Source of the DNA: a virus | IMG/VR virus record: IMGVR_UViG_3300033149_004284 | Span: 22,288-86,287 of that record | Reading direction: 5' to 3' (one strand) | DNA length: 64,000 bases | Shown: in pieces, positions 19,230 to 27,542 of the stretch | Layout: every line of letters begins with the position of its first letter | Numbering within the stretch: position 1 is the first letter of the stretch | Position numbers and translations under genes: made by a program | The notes under the pieces: model-generated | Databases searched by the model: none | Seen by the model: only the letters and a program-made list of their open reading frames with translations | What the model was told of the DNA's origin: nothing

Positions 19230-19442
19230 CTACTCTATCTTGTCCATTGCCGTAAAGTCCCCGCAAGATACCGTATACCTACCACGGCGCGCCTTGGGAT
19301 GCTCATCAAAGGCAAGATAATCCCACGTGTTCCAGTTCCCTCTACCCTGTTCGTATGCAGCAACTACGGCTTGCTCAGGTGAACAGGTGTACCAACGCTC
19401 CTCTCCCGTATCAAGATTCTTTACTCTCATCATCTCCATCAT
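19230..19442 (-). CDS. hypothetical protein
   Basis: 70 aa, coupled by ATGA. Confidence 0.55.
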   Translation of the reverse strand: MMEMMRVKNLDTGEERWYTCSPEQAVVAAYEQGRGNWNTWDYLAFDEHPKARRGRYTVSCGDFTAMDKIE

Positions 19443-19669
19443 ACCAGAGCCATCTCGCGCGTCTCTTCATCTTCCCGCATAGCCGACGCAATCAAGTCCA
19501 GTATCCATACCGACTCTTGGCCAAAGTCCACAATGCTCATTCCAGGATTCTCTGGATCGAAGATGAACCCGCAGGCCAGGCACTCCGTGTTGCCGTCGCC
19601 CAGTTCCTCCAACTCGTGCGCCCCGCACATAGCACAGGTGTGAGACGCATAACTCTCTCTCTGATACAT
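19439..19669 (-). CDS. Zn-ribbon protein
   Basis: CAMCG...CLACG; AAGGAGG RBS. Confidence 0.6.
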   Translation of the reverse strand: MYQRESYASHTCAMCGAHELEELGDGNTECLACGFIFDPENPGMSIVDFGQESVWILDLIASAMREDEETREMALV

Positions 19670-19693
19670 GGCTATCCTCCTTATACTCCACCC

Positions 19694-20110
19694 TTAATAT
19701 TGACGGAAGCCCATAGGCATCTCCTCTCTTCTCTCCCATGCCACTTGCTCTACTAGCTCCTCAGACCACTGAGGGTGTAGGATATGAAGCAACTCGTGTT
19801 CTAGGGTCGCTTGCCAATACCACTGACGCAAAGTCTCCGTTGGTATAAGTATGACCTTCGCCTTGCGATTAAGTGCCCTACCAGCAGACCGACACTGATA
19901 TTGCGGAGGAATTGTCATTCTGGCTCGTGCATATTCCTCTTTATACTGGGCAATCCACTCATCATCAAACAAGTTGAAAACGTCAGTGGGCATCACGACA
20001 ACTTTGACAGGAACCTGAAGGTCCGCGCATCGCGCTTCCCACCAGGCCTCTGCCCGCCGCCGCGCCGCACCAGTTCTACTGCCCCTGTCGAGAAACCTTA
20101 CTCCTCTCAT
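19694..20110 (-). CDS. HExxH metallopeptidase-like protein
   Basis: TLEHELLHILHP.WSE; ATG at 20110 after AAGGAGG. Confidence 0.6.
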   Translation of the reverse strand: MRGVRFLDRGSRTGAARRRAEAWWEARCADLQVPVKVVVMPTDVFNLFDDEWIAQYKEEYARARMTIPPQYQCRSAGRALNRKAKVILIPTETLRQWYWQATLEHELLHILHPQWSEELVEQVAWERREEMPMGFRQY

Positions 20111-20170
20111 CTGTCCCTCCTTAATATCTTGTGCCCCGCATATAGCGCAAGTGCGGGGCACACTTCCCCT

Positions 20171-20410
20171 CTACCTGCTCGCTGAATAGTTGCGTCGCAT
20201 ACTTGCAACTGCATCCTCCAAGGACTCATAGTCGAAGCCAACGTCCTCTGTCTCGAAACGCGAGCCTTCACTGTCGATACCATGATAGAAGTACCCGAAG
20301 CCCCCGTTCGCCTTGAAAATCGTTCCCCAAGTTCCCGCTTGGGGGGGCTCACCTTCTGTCTCGGCTCCATGTGGTCTTTTCTTGGACACCAGAATTGTGA
20401 TGTACGCCAT
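20171..20410 (-). CDS. hypothetical protein
   Basis: ATG at 20410 after GGAGG; in-frame alternative ATG at 20473. Confidence 0.55.
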   Translation of the reverse strand: MAYITILVSKKRPHGAETEGEPPQAGTWGTIFKANGGFGYFYHGIDSEGSRFETEDVGFDYESLEDAVASMRRNYSASR

Positions 20411-20481
20411 GTTCCCTCCCTTGTCCTTCCGAGTTATGCCAGTTCTTCTGCCGCTAAGTCCTACTCCTCTCATCTGTCCCT

Positions 20482-20721
20482 CCAGTTCCATAGTCGCTAA
20501 TCCAGTTCCCAGTTTCGCCTTTGACTGCCAGCCCTCAGTTCGACTATAGCCAGCAAATCGGCCAGTTCAGCTCGGCCAGTTCCTAGCCCCAGTTCGCCCC
20601 CTTGCCTAACTGCTGCTCGGTCTAGCAGTCGGACTGGCACGGGGGCTATAATAGCAGCCAGTTCAAAAGTGGCCAGTTCGGAGTGGCTAGCGGCCAGTTC
20701 CCAGTTCATAATGGCCAGTTT
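20482..20721. repeat. cluster of co-oriented CCAGTT(C/T) heptamers
   Basis: about 11 copies in 240 bp, irregular spacing. Confidence 0.85.
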
Positions 20722-20798
20722 CCGCCCGCCTGGTGTAGCCATGGTTGGCCAAGGCTATGACTATGATCGATCCCAGGCTAGGCCGCCGGCGAAATAGA

Positions 20799-21377
20799 CT
20801 ATGTTATGCTCGCGTACATTTCTGGTTTGTGTGTTTTTATCCAAGTGGCTGCGTTTGGTGGGTGTGTGCCCTCACCTCGCCAACTGATGCCGCCGCCGTT
20901 TGTGAGCTCGAGGATGTCGGCCATAGAAGCCCAACTGGAGTAGCTAACGCCCTCATAGGTGGGTTTGCGTATACCTCGACTGTCACCGTTGCCACGTGGT
21001 CCGCCCGTGGACCCCTTGCGCTTTTTTCCATAGACGGTTTCTATTCTGTCTATGGCAGCGGTGCCGTCCTCACGTCGGCCAATGCAGAAGCTAGTTATGG
21101 CGTCGGGTATGGCTACGCTGTTGACCCGTTCGAGGATCGCTTTGGCACATGGCGCGAAATCCGCCGATAGCTTCTCTATGAGCTCATCGTGAATAGACCG
21201 CTCCAAAGACCGAATCTCACGGGTTAGCGATCCGATAGTCCGAGCGAACATTATGGGATCTCTCTCCTCGAGATCGTAGCGCATGTCCTTCAAAGTTTCC
21301 AATTGTAACAGTGTTGCCGATGGCGTTTTGGTCGCTGCCACTTTACTAGTTATCGCCGTCGTCTTCTCATTAGGCAT
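20799..21377 (-). CDS. first gene of the leftward early operon, hypothetical protein
   Basis: 192 aa, GGAGG RBS, downstream of promoter 21516-21543. Confidence 0.7.
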   Translation of the reverse strand: MPNEKTTAITSKVAATKTPSATLLQLETLKDMRYDLEERDPIMFARTIGSLTREIRSLERSIHDELIEKLSADFAPCAKAILERVNSVAIPDAITSFCIGRREDGTAAIDRIETVYGKKRKGSTGGPRGNGDSRGIRKPTYEGVSYSSWASMADILELTNGGGISWRGEGTHPPNAATWIKTHKPEMYASIT

Positions 21378-21515
21378 GTCATTCCCTCCACATGCGTGAC
21401 GCCGGCGGCCTAGCCTAGAGTCGATCCATATGGAGGTTGATCGGTCGCGGAGGTTCCTCCCCTCCCCTCACCCTCGCCCAACACCTCATTTTTTAAGGTA
21501 CTCAAACCTACCCCC

Positions 21516-21543
21516 ATGATAGTCCTCGTGATGTAGATGTCAA
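21516..21543 (-). promoter_or_regulatory. sigma70-type early promoter
   Basis: TTGACA-N16-TATCAT. Confidence 0.7.
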
Positions 21544-21756
21544 ATCCGCTATTGTAGCGATGTGCGGTCGGTTGCTGTTTTCTATACCATAACACGACGA
21601 CTCAAAAGCAGGTTTTCCTGCTTTATGGGAACCCTGGCGCAGGAAAGTGAGATGGGGATGGATAGCCCCAGCCTCCATTTCCCCCATGTCTGAAACTTTT
21701 CCCTCTGCATAACAGCGTAAACGACTACAACCCGCTGCTAAGGACTAGGCTAGACC

Positions 21757-21831
21757 GTAGTTCACATAATGGTTATTAGCGGTTGGTTTACATAATGGCT
21801 ATCTGTCTGTGGGTAGTTTACATAACGGCTA
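21757..21831 (+). repeat. three direct repeats GTT(T/C)ACATAA(T/C)GG(C/T)TA
   Basis: ACATAAY cores at 21764, 21790 and 21820. Confidence 0.85.
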
Positions 21832-21856
21832 GATAACCACTAGCCAAAATTGGGCC

Positions 21857-21885
21857 TTGACAAGAGTGCCAATTAGGTGTATAAT
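21857..21885 (+). promoter_or_regulatory. consensus sigma70 promoter
   Basis: TTGACA-N17-TATAAT. Confidence 0.9.
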
Positions 21886-21912
21886 AGTAATTGCTAGGCT
21901 AAAGGGCAGGCT

Positions 21913-22044
21913 GGGCAATCTATGTAGTGGCATCCGAGAAGTCGGCTTTTTCTCTCAGGCAACCAGGAAGGAAGTTCATTCCTTCCCCCTGTTTGGATGC
22001 CCAGGGTTGCCCTTGGTTGCCTGAGAGAAGAGGGCGACTTCTCG
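21913..22044 (+). ncRNA. structured leader / long inverted repeat
   Basis: 21935-21967 pairs with 22011-22044 (perfect 10-bp and 16-bp helices); internal GAAGGAA/TTCCTTC hairpin. Confidence 0.55.
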
Positions 22045-22093
22045 TGTTATAGGCGATGCAAATAGGAGTAACCAGTAGATAAGCCGATTTGCT

Positions 22094-22834
22094 ATGAAGG
22101 AAATTCCCCTCACGCAGGACAAGGTGGCCCTGGTTGATGACCAGGACTACGAATGGCTTAATCAGTGGAAATGGACGTATACTTCTAGGGGCTGCACAGG
22201 CTATGCTTATCGGAATGTCTATCAAGGCTCCCGATATGTTAGGTGTGTCTTTATGCACCGTTTCATACTGAATCCACCTCCTGGCTTGGAGACAGATCAT
22301 ATCAATGGCAATGGCTTGGATAACCGCCGTTGCAATCTGCGTGCGTGCACACATATCCAGAATTCATGGAATAGCCGCAAGCAACAAGGCGCTACGAGTC
22401 AGTACAAAGGAGTCTCCTGGGCACGGAAAAACCAATGCTGGAGGGCGTTTATACATCAAGGTGGTCAGCAGATATCGTTAGGCAACTTTGACTCAGAGGA
22501 GGCCGCAGCGCTTGCCTACAACTATGCTGCGATCAAACTACGGGGTAGCCATACTCTTCTCAACCTTGTCCCTGACGGCCCTCCTCCATCCCGTCGACTA
22601 AAAAAGCGTCCAGGAAAGACTTCTCGCTATGTAGGAGTCTCCTGGTCTCGCCAACCGCAAGGTTGGCGAGCTGAGATTCGAGTTAAAGGCAAGCTCATAT
22701 ATCTGGGTTGCTTCACCTCAGAGGATGAGGCAGCGCGGGTCTGGAATGCGGCAGCGCTGAAGTGGAGAGGACCAGGAGCCAAGCAAAACATAGTACAAGG
22801 AGAAAGAGATGAATTTCTTGTTGAGCGAAGTTGA
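22094..22834 (+). CDS. HNH endonuclease with two AP2 domains
   Basis: MHRFI..TDHINGNGLDNRRCNLR; SQYKGVSW..LGNFDSEEAAALAYN; SRYVGVSW..LGCFTSEDEAARVWN. Confidence 0.92.
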   Translation: MKEIPLTQDKVALVDDQDYEWLNQWKWTYTSRGCTGYAYRNVYQGSRYVRCVFMHRFILNPPPGLETDHINGNGLDNRRCNLRACTHIQNSWNSRKQQGATSQYKGVSWARKNQCWRAFIHQGGQQISLGNFDSEEAAALAYNYAAIKLRGSHTLLNLVPDGPPPSRRLKKRPGKTSRYVGVSWSRQPQGWRAEIRVKGKLIYLGCFTSEDEAARVWNAAALKWRGPGAKQNIVQGERDEFLVERS

Positions 22835-23732
22835 GTTGTCAAGAAAGCCAAGGCTCTCTTTTTCATGGAGCGAGAAGCCTGTGCCTGTTCCCTATCACCG
22901 CCCACGAGACCCAGAGAGAAGGAAAAGATACTGTAATTTCTATTCTACTGAGATCGGTCTCTTAAGCGGTAGTCGGGTTTTCAAGCACGGGCCATGTGGA
23001 ATCTTTCAAGGACCCGACCCATGCCCTTCCTGCAGAGCAAGCCGCAAGCGAGAGATTCGCCTCGACTTGTCTTTGGCAAAGGAGATTTTCTATTTCTATG
23101 TACTTGCCCCCTCCAAAACAGAATGGGATACTCTCACCAAATACTGGAAGCGTCACAACATTCTCTTCAAGTGGTGCTATCAGGGCGAGAACTTGCTCCG
23201 ACTGGTCTTTCTCAGTGGATTCGACGAACGGATAGGCAAAAGAGGGGCCACTAGGGCGTCGAGTCTCAACTCTGTCTCACTTGACATGATAAGCCTCGAT
23301 ACAATCATGAATCAGATGCCGTTAGGGTCGAGTTTCCATGGAACATTGAGGGCCTCAAGGGGAGGAAGAGGGAAGCCAGAAGACGAGCAGACCGAGGATG
23401 TTCCCCCTGTACCTAAAGAGGCAATCCCCATAGAGGTCTTTTATGTTAAGGCTTCTCCTGGGGTCGAAGACGAAGCCTGGGATGCCGCCATGGAGAAGTC
23501 TTTGGATCTCAACCCGAAAACTAGGCAAGAGCTTATCCAGGGAGTCAGGAGACGCTGTGCTATTTATAAAGCGGAGCTGATTGCTAGGAATGCTGTTATT
23601 TCATATTCTCGCTGGGAGAAACGTTATGTCCAAATAGCCCTATTGGATTGGGAATCCTACAATTCTATCTGGACAGCTGCCCATGAGAGGGCATTTAGTT
23701 TTGCCCTACCTAGCCGTGCTTATGTCAATTGA
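22809..23732 (+). CDS. hypothetical protein with Cys cluster, possibly replication-related
   Basis: 307 aa; C..PCG..CPSC motif resembles the Zn-binding N terminus of some Rep proteins; no intact HUH motif. Confidence 0.5.
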   Translation: MNFLLSEVELSRKPRLSFSWSEKPVPVPYHRPRDPERRKRYCNFYSTEIGLLSGSRVFKHGPCGIFQGPDPCPSCRASRKREIRLDLSLAKEIFYFYVLAPSKTEWDTLTKYWKRHNILFKWCYQGENLLRLVFLSGFDERIGKRGATRASSLNSVSLDMISLDTIMNQMPLGSSFHGTLRASRGGRGKPEDEQTEDVPPVPKEAIPIEVFYVKASPGVEDEAWDAAMEKSLDLNPKTRQELIQGVRRRCAIYKAELIARNAVISYSRWEKRYVQIALLDWESYNSIWTAAHERAFSFALPSRAYVN

Positions 23733-23747
23733 CTAGCACGGCTGTTT
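23711..23747. terminator. hairpin at convergent gene ends
   Basis: AGCCGTGCT...GTCAATTGAC...AGCACGGCT followed by GTTT. Confidence 0.55.
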
Positions 23748-23948
23748 ACATAATCCACGATCTACTACATGGGCCTGAGCCACTAGAGTGGCCAGGTCTG
23801 AAAGGTGCTGTTTAAGAAATGTTTCTCTACTTCGCGCCAACACTCGGAAACTTCCTTCTCTGTCTGGTTTTTTTCCTGGCAGGTTGTCTCTACCTCTACA
23901 GTAAATGGTAGGCAGGGCCAGCAATCCATCTCAGTAGATACGACCTGC

Positions 23949-24476
23949 CTAGCTGCGTCTGGCCCCCCTCACTGCTGTCTTATGACCGATACCTATCTTC
24001 TCCTCAATCCAAATGCGTGTATCAGGATGCAGTTGCATCTTATCCTTATTCGCCTGGTACCAAGTCTTGGTATTGTCTTCGTAACCCTGTGCCTTGCCAG
24101 CTCCCCGCCAATCTGCCAACATCTCTTTTCGGTAGCGATCAGGCATAGGTAAGACCTTGATATCACCATCATCCTCTCGCAAAACCCACCATTGCCAGTG
24201 ATGCCTATTGCGATGGATGTGCTTGAGCCAAGCTAAGTCGAACTTGTCCTGCACCTCCTGTTTCGTCAGACCGAAGAGCCGCCCCTTGGTCCCTGGCGCG
24301 AATCTGTGCCAATCGGGATAGTTGCCGTAGAAGTATTTCGTATAGGGCCGCCATTCATCAGGCAGGAACTTGCTCCAATCATGCAAAAAGCCCAACCAAG
24401 GTATGCCTAACTTGCATGCCTCAACGAACACAAACCACTTATGTGCAATCATGTAGCGTAAATATTTCAGATACAT
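23949..24476 (-). CDS. DUF5662-like HD-domain protein
   Basis: HKWFV, LHDWSKF..EW, AWLKHIHRNRHHWQWW, MP..Y..EMLADW. Confidence 0.75.
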   Translation of the reverse strand: MYLKYLRYMIAHKWFVFVEACKLGIPWLGFLHDWSKFLPDEWRPYTKYFYGNYPDWHRFAPGTKGRLFGLTKQEVQDKFDLAWLKHIHRNRHHWQWWVLREDDGDIKVLPMPDRYRKEMLADWRGAGKAQGYEDNTKTWYQANKDKMQLHPDTRIWIEEKIGIGHKTAVRGARRS

Positions 24477-25046
24477 CTACTGCCTCCTTGCCCACCTCGC
24501 CGCTGGATCAACCCAGGCTCCCTTGTTATCCACTGCCAACTGACTCTTCAGTACAGCCAATATCTCGTCCCTCAGCGCAAACCTCTGCTCCACGGGCAAA
24601 TGTCTGGCCACTATCTCGGTTACTTTCTTGGCCATGGTTACAGCCACACTGACAGGAATCAGATAGCGTCGCTCTTGCTCGATCTTGTTCTTGGTCTGAA
24701 CTAGCTTCCGAATGGTGTCCAGCAGCAAGGCTAAGGTCCTCAAGTCTCCCTCTTTCTCAGCCTCAACCACCTTCTCCCTCGCTAGGGCAATCTCCCCCCT
24801 CAATTCCAACACCTCAGGGTCTTCGAGCTCCTGGCTTGACAGTTCTACCAAGTCCACAGGCTCGGCTACTGGCAATCGCTTGTCATGCAACCAGCAATAA
24901 CCGACCCCCTTGTGGTTAGTTCTGGCTCCTGCCCATCTGTGACAGATGCCGTCTTTGCCTTCTTTGCAAGGCGCACCACAGATTCTGCTCGGATCATTGC
25001 GGGCTTTGGCAAGCCCAATTCTCACTTTGTCTGTTATCATGGGCAT
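24477..25046 (-). CDS. terminase small subunit-like protein
   Basis: CGAPCK..C...AGARTNHKGVGYCWLH (HGGxSTG-like Zn finger), LRGEIALAR helix, adjacent to TerL. Confidence 0.65.
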   Translation of the reverse strand: MPMITDKVRIGLAKARNDPSRICGAPCKEGKDGICHRWAGARTNHKGVGYCWLHDKRLPVAEPVDLVELSSQELEDPEVLELRGEIALAREKVVEAEKEGDLRTLALLLDTIRKLVQTKNKIEQERRYLIPVSVAVTMAKKVTEIVARHLPVEQRFALRDEILAVLKSQLAVDNKGAWVDPAARWARRQ

Positions 25047-25099
25047 GGTTCTTCTCCTAGATAGTCCATGGGGAGGCTCTGGTACTGTCTTGTAAGTAG

Positions 25100-25128
25100 A
25101 TACTAGCCGTTATTTCGGAATTTGTCAA
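25100..25128 (-). promoter_or_regulatory. sigma70 promoter for the TerS-like operon
   Basis: TTGACA-N17-TAGTAT. Confidence 0.75.
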
Positions 25129-25134
25129 GCATAC

Positions 25135-25163
25135 TTGACAATTCAGAAGTTTGCTGCTAAGAT
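25135..25163 (+). promoter_or_regulatory. sigma70 promoter for the TerL/head operon
   Basis: TTGACA-N17-TAAGAT with TG extension; back-to-back with the leftward promoter. Confidence 0.8.
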
Positions 25164-25177
25164 AGAGACGAGAAAGA

Positions 25178-26038
25178 ATGGAGACTAAAGGCATGGAGAC
25201 ATCCTGGGACGCTAAAAGTCCACGCGCAGCCCTTGTTGAAACCTTCCTGACTGGCCTTGGCGAGGAGAAGACCAAGCCCAGGCGAGCTCGTCGGGACTTT
25301 GCATACTTCATAGAATATGTCTTTTCTGATCAGAGAGGAAAGCCCCTCAAGCTTCAGTGGTTCCACAGGCAAATGATCAAATATCTGATGTTTGAGAAGA
25401 GGGTGCTGGTACTCTTGCCGAGATCGTGGGGGAAAAGTACCATAGGCTCAGTAGCCTATCCGGCCTGGCGTCTTGGGGTAAACCGAGACCTCAGAATTAT
25501 CATAGCATCAAATACTATAACGCAAGCTAAGTGGTGGTTATCTGAGATCGAGAACTTGATGCTCAAGAATGATAACTTTCACGAGGTATTCGGCTTCATG
25601 GTTCCCAAGCCTAGGACGCTTCGCTGGACTGATACCGAGAAGCGAGTACTTGGGCGTTCTCCTTACGCTATGCACTCCTCACTTCTAGCCACGGGCATTG
25701 GTAGTGCATTGCTAGGAGCTAGAGCGGATGTTATCATTGCCGATGATTGTATCGGTGAAAGAGAGGCCATTTCACCTATCCAGCGCAAGCAAGCCTCGAC
25801 CTGGTTCTGGAAAGTTCTCCTCAACACGTTAGAGCCTGATGGCCAGGTGGTCGTCCTCGGCTCTCCCTGGGGGCCCAATGACCTCTACAAGGAAATCCAG
25901 GAGAGATGGAAGGATCTCCCGTCTGAGATGGCTACCTGGCAACGAGGCGACTTCGTTATGCCAGGGGATTATCCCAGCCAAAGTCAACTGCGTAAGATGG
26001 AGCGAGAAGGCAGCCTGGACCCACTGAGGAATGTTTGA
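25178..26038 (+). CDS. terL: terminase large subunit, ATPase part
   Basis: LPRSWGKST (Walker A), VIIADD (Walker B), VLGSPW..NDLY. Confidence 0.88.
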   Translation: METKGMETSWDAKSPRAALVETFLTGLGEEKTKPRRARRDFAYFIEYVFSDQRGKPLKLQWFHRQMIKYLMFEKRVLVLLPRSWGKSTIGSVAYPAWRLGVNRDLRIIIASNTITQAKWWLSEIENLMLKNDNFHEVFGFMVPKPRTLRWTDTEKRVLGRSPYAMHSSLLATGIGSALLGARADVIIADDCIGEREAISPIQRKQASTWFWKVLLNTLEPDGQVVVLGSPWGPNDLYKEIQERWKDLPSEMATWQRGDFVMPGDYPSQSQLRKMEREGSLDPLRNV

Positions 26039-26088
26039 TAACTTAGCCCCACTAGAACCTAGACCCACTAGAGAATGTTTGATAACTT
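26018..26088 (+). repeat. 27-bp imperfect direct repeat at the TerL break
   Basis: GACCCACT(GAG/AGA)GAATGTTTGATAACTT at 26018 and 26062. Confidence 0.9.
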
Positions 26089-26100
26089 TGAGGAGGGAAA

Positions 26101-26589
26101 ATGTTTGACGACGTGATAGTAACTGACAAGTATGGAGCTCCAACAATGAGAGGGGAAGTGACCAGATATGGTCTCGTAACAAAGAATCCTGATGATGTCA
26201 GAGGTGGCCTATACTGCTGGTATAAGCTAAAAAAGGCAGATGAATTTCTCCTCGCCTACAGGATCGAGGCAAGTAAAAAGCCCGTAGTTGAGCACACAGA
26301 TGTGGAGGAGTGGTATCCTGTTACGCTCAGAGAGTCTTTCAAGATAGCAGGAAAAGGGCGATTCATGTTCGAGGAAGGAGAAGGGCCCCATATCTGGTTC
26401 AGACTCTCGACGTTTACCACACCTAACAGGCTGAGGGCCAGGATAGCCGCAGTCAGGTCTGGCTGGCAACGATTCAGGCTTGCAGTTAAGTTTCTAAGAA
26501 GACGCCTTCGGGAAACCCTGGAGATTCTGAAGCCTGTCTATCGAAGAAGTGCCCGTCTCACTAATCCCCTCAGATGGCCTGGATATTAG
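26101..26589 (+). CDS. hypothetical protein between the TerL halves
   Basis: 162 aa, GAGGAGG RBS, no recognisable nuclease motif. Confidence 0.7.
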   Translation: MFDDVIVTDKYGAPTMRGEVTRYGLVTKNPDDVRGGLYCWYKLKKADEFLLAYRIEASKKPVVEHTDVEEWYPVTLRESFKIAGKGRFMFEEGEGPHIWFRLSTFTTPNRLRARIAAVRSGWQRFRLAVKFLRRRLRETLEILKPVYRRSARLTNPLRWPGY

Positions 26590-27506
26590 GGAGCATCGCC
26601 CCGATAGGCTGGGGGGAAGAGCATTGGAGGTTTATTATCGCTGGCATCTTGATCATACCTGCTCTAACGAACGACTCAGAAGGTAACCAGATCTCGAATT
26701 GGCCTGACCGCTGGCCTCTGAATCGTCTCCTGGCTAAGAAGCAGGAGATTGGTCCCATCCCTTTCTCTAGCCAGTTTATGCTTGATCCCGTTAACTTGGA
26801 ACACGCATTCCTCAAACGGGAATGGCTGCAATTCTACCTAGATGAAGACCTTCCTGACCTTATCAACTATATCGGAGTGGACCCGTCACCCTCAGGCAGG
26901 CAAGGTACTGACTACTTCGCCCTCGCTGTTCTAGGGGTAGATGTTGCCCATGTGGGATATCTCGAATCTGCCTACCGCATCCAAATCGATCCCCTGGAGC
27001 AGGCTCAGCGTATCCGCATTGAGGCGGGGGTCTGGCATCCAGCTTTAGTCATGGTAGAAGCCGTGGCAGCTCAAGCTCTCTTTACTCGCTATATGCTTCA
27101 GGACGTTACCTTTCCTCTCCGCGAGGGCACGACCAGATTTCCCAAGGAGCTTCGCTATGTCTCAATGTCTCGCTTATTCGCAAGTGGCAGAATCAAGATC
27201 AGAGGCAAGCGAAACAGTGACGGCGAGATCGTGCCTGCTGACTCTGTTGCCGACTTTGTTGAAGAGTGGGTAGGCTATGCGCCTAAGGGGCCTCGGGACG
27301 ACACTTTGGATGCTGTCGAGAAGGCTATTGAGGCCTCTCAGCTAATCTCAGGCAATCCTGTATTCCAGGCATCTCGCCCTGAAAATGTTCCTGTGGGTCG
27401 GGGGACGCATCCTGGACTTGCAAGTGGCGGCAACTTGCTGAGAGGGACCCGAACGCCATTTGGGAACAGGCAGCTGCGCTCGCGGCGATCCCTAGGGAGA
27501 CGATAG
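26574..27506 (+). CDS. terL: terminase large subunit, linker plus nuclease part
   Basis: IPAL..WPDRWPL..FSSQFMLDP, YIGVDPS, DYFA, VEAVAAQ, DDTLDA; start uncertain. Confidence 0.88.
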   Translation: MAWILGSIAPIGWGEEHWRFIIAGILIIPALTNDSEGNQISNWPDRWPLNRLLAKKQEIGPIPFSSQFMLDPVNLEHAFLKREWLQFYLDEDLPDLINYIGVDPSPSGRQGTDYFALAVLGVDVAHVGYLESAYRIQIDPLEQAQRIRIEAGVWHPALVMVEAVAAQALFTRYMLQDVTFPLREGTTRFPKELRYVSMSRLFASGRIKIRGKRNSDGEIVPADSVADFVEEWVGYAPKGPRDDTLDAVEKAIEASQLISGNPVFQASRPENVPVGRGTHPGLASGGNLLRGTRTPFGNRQLRSRRSLGRR

Positions 27507-27542
27507 GTTTAGCGAGATACACCTTCTACTGGGAGGAAGACA

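Noticed and set aside
20497-20742. 81-aa ELA/ELG-repeat protein
   Set aside because: No clear RBS, and the repeats are better explained as a DNA motif.
20745-21170. 141-aa plus-strand ORF
   Set aside because: Antisense to 20799..21377, which has the RBS and promoter.
25920-26640. Group I intron or intein in TerL
   Set aside because: No convincing P/Q/R/S core, homing nuclease motif or intein termini seen by eye; Infernal is needed to exclude it fully.
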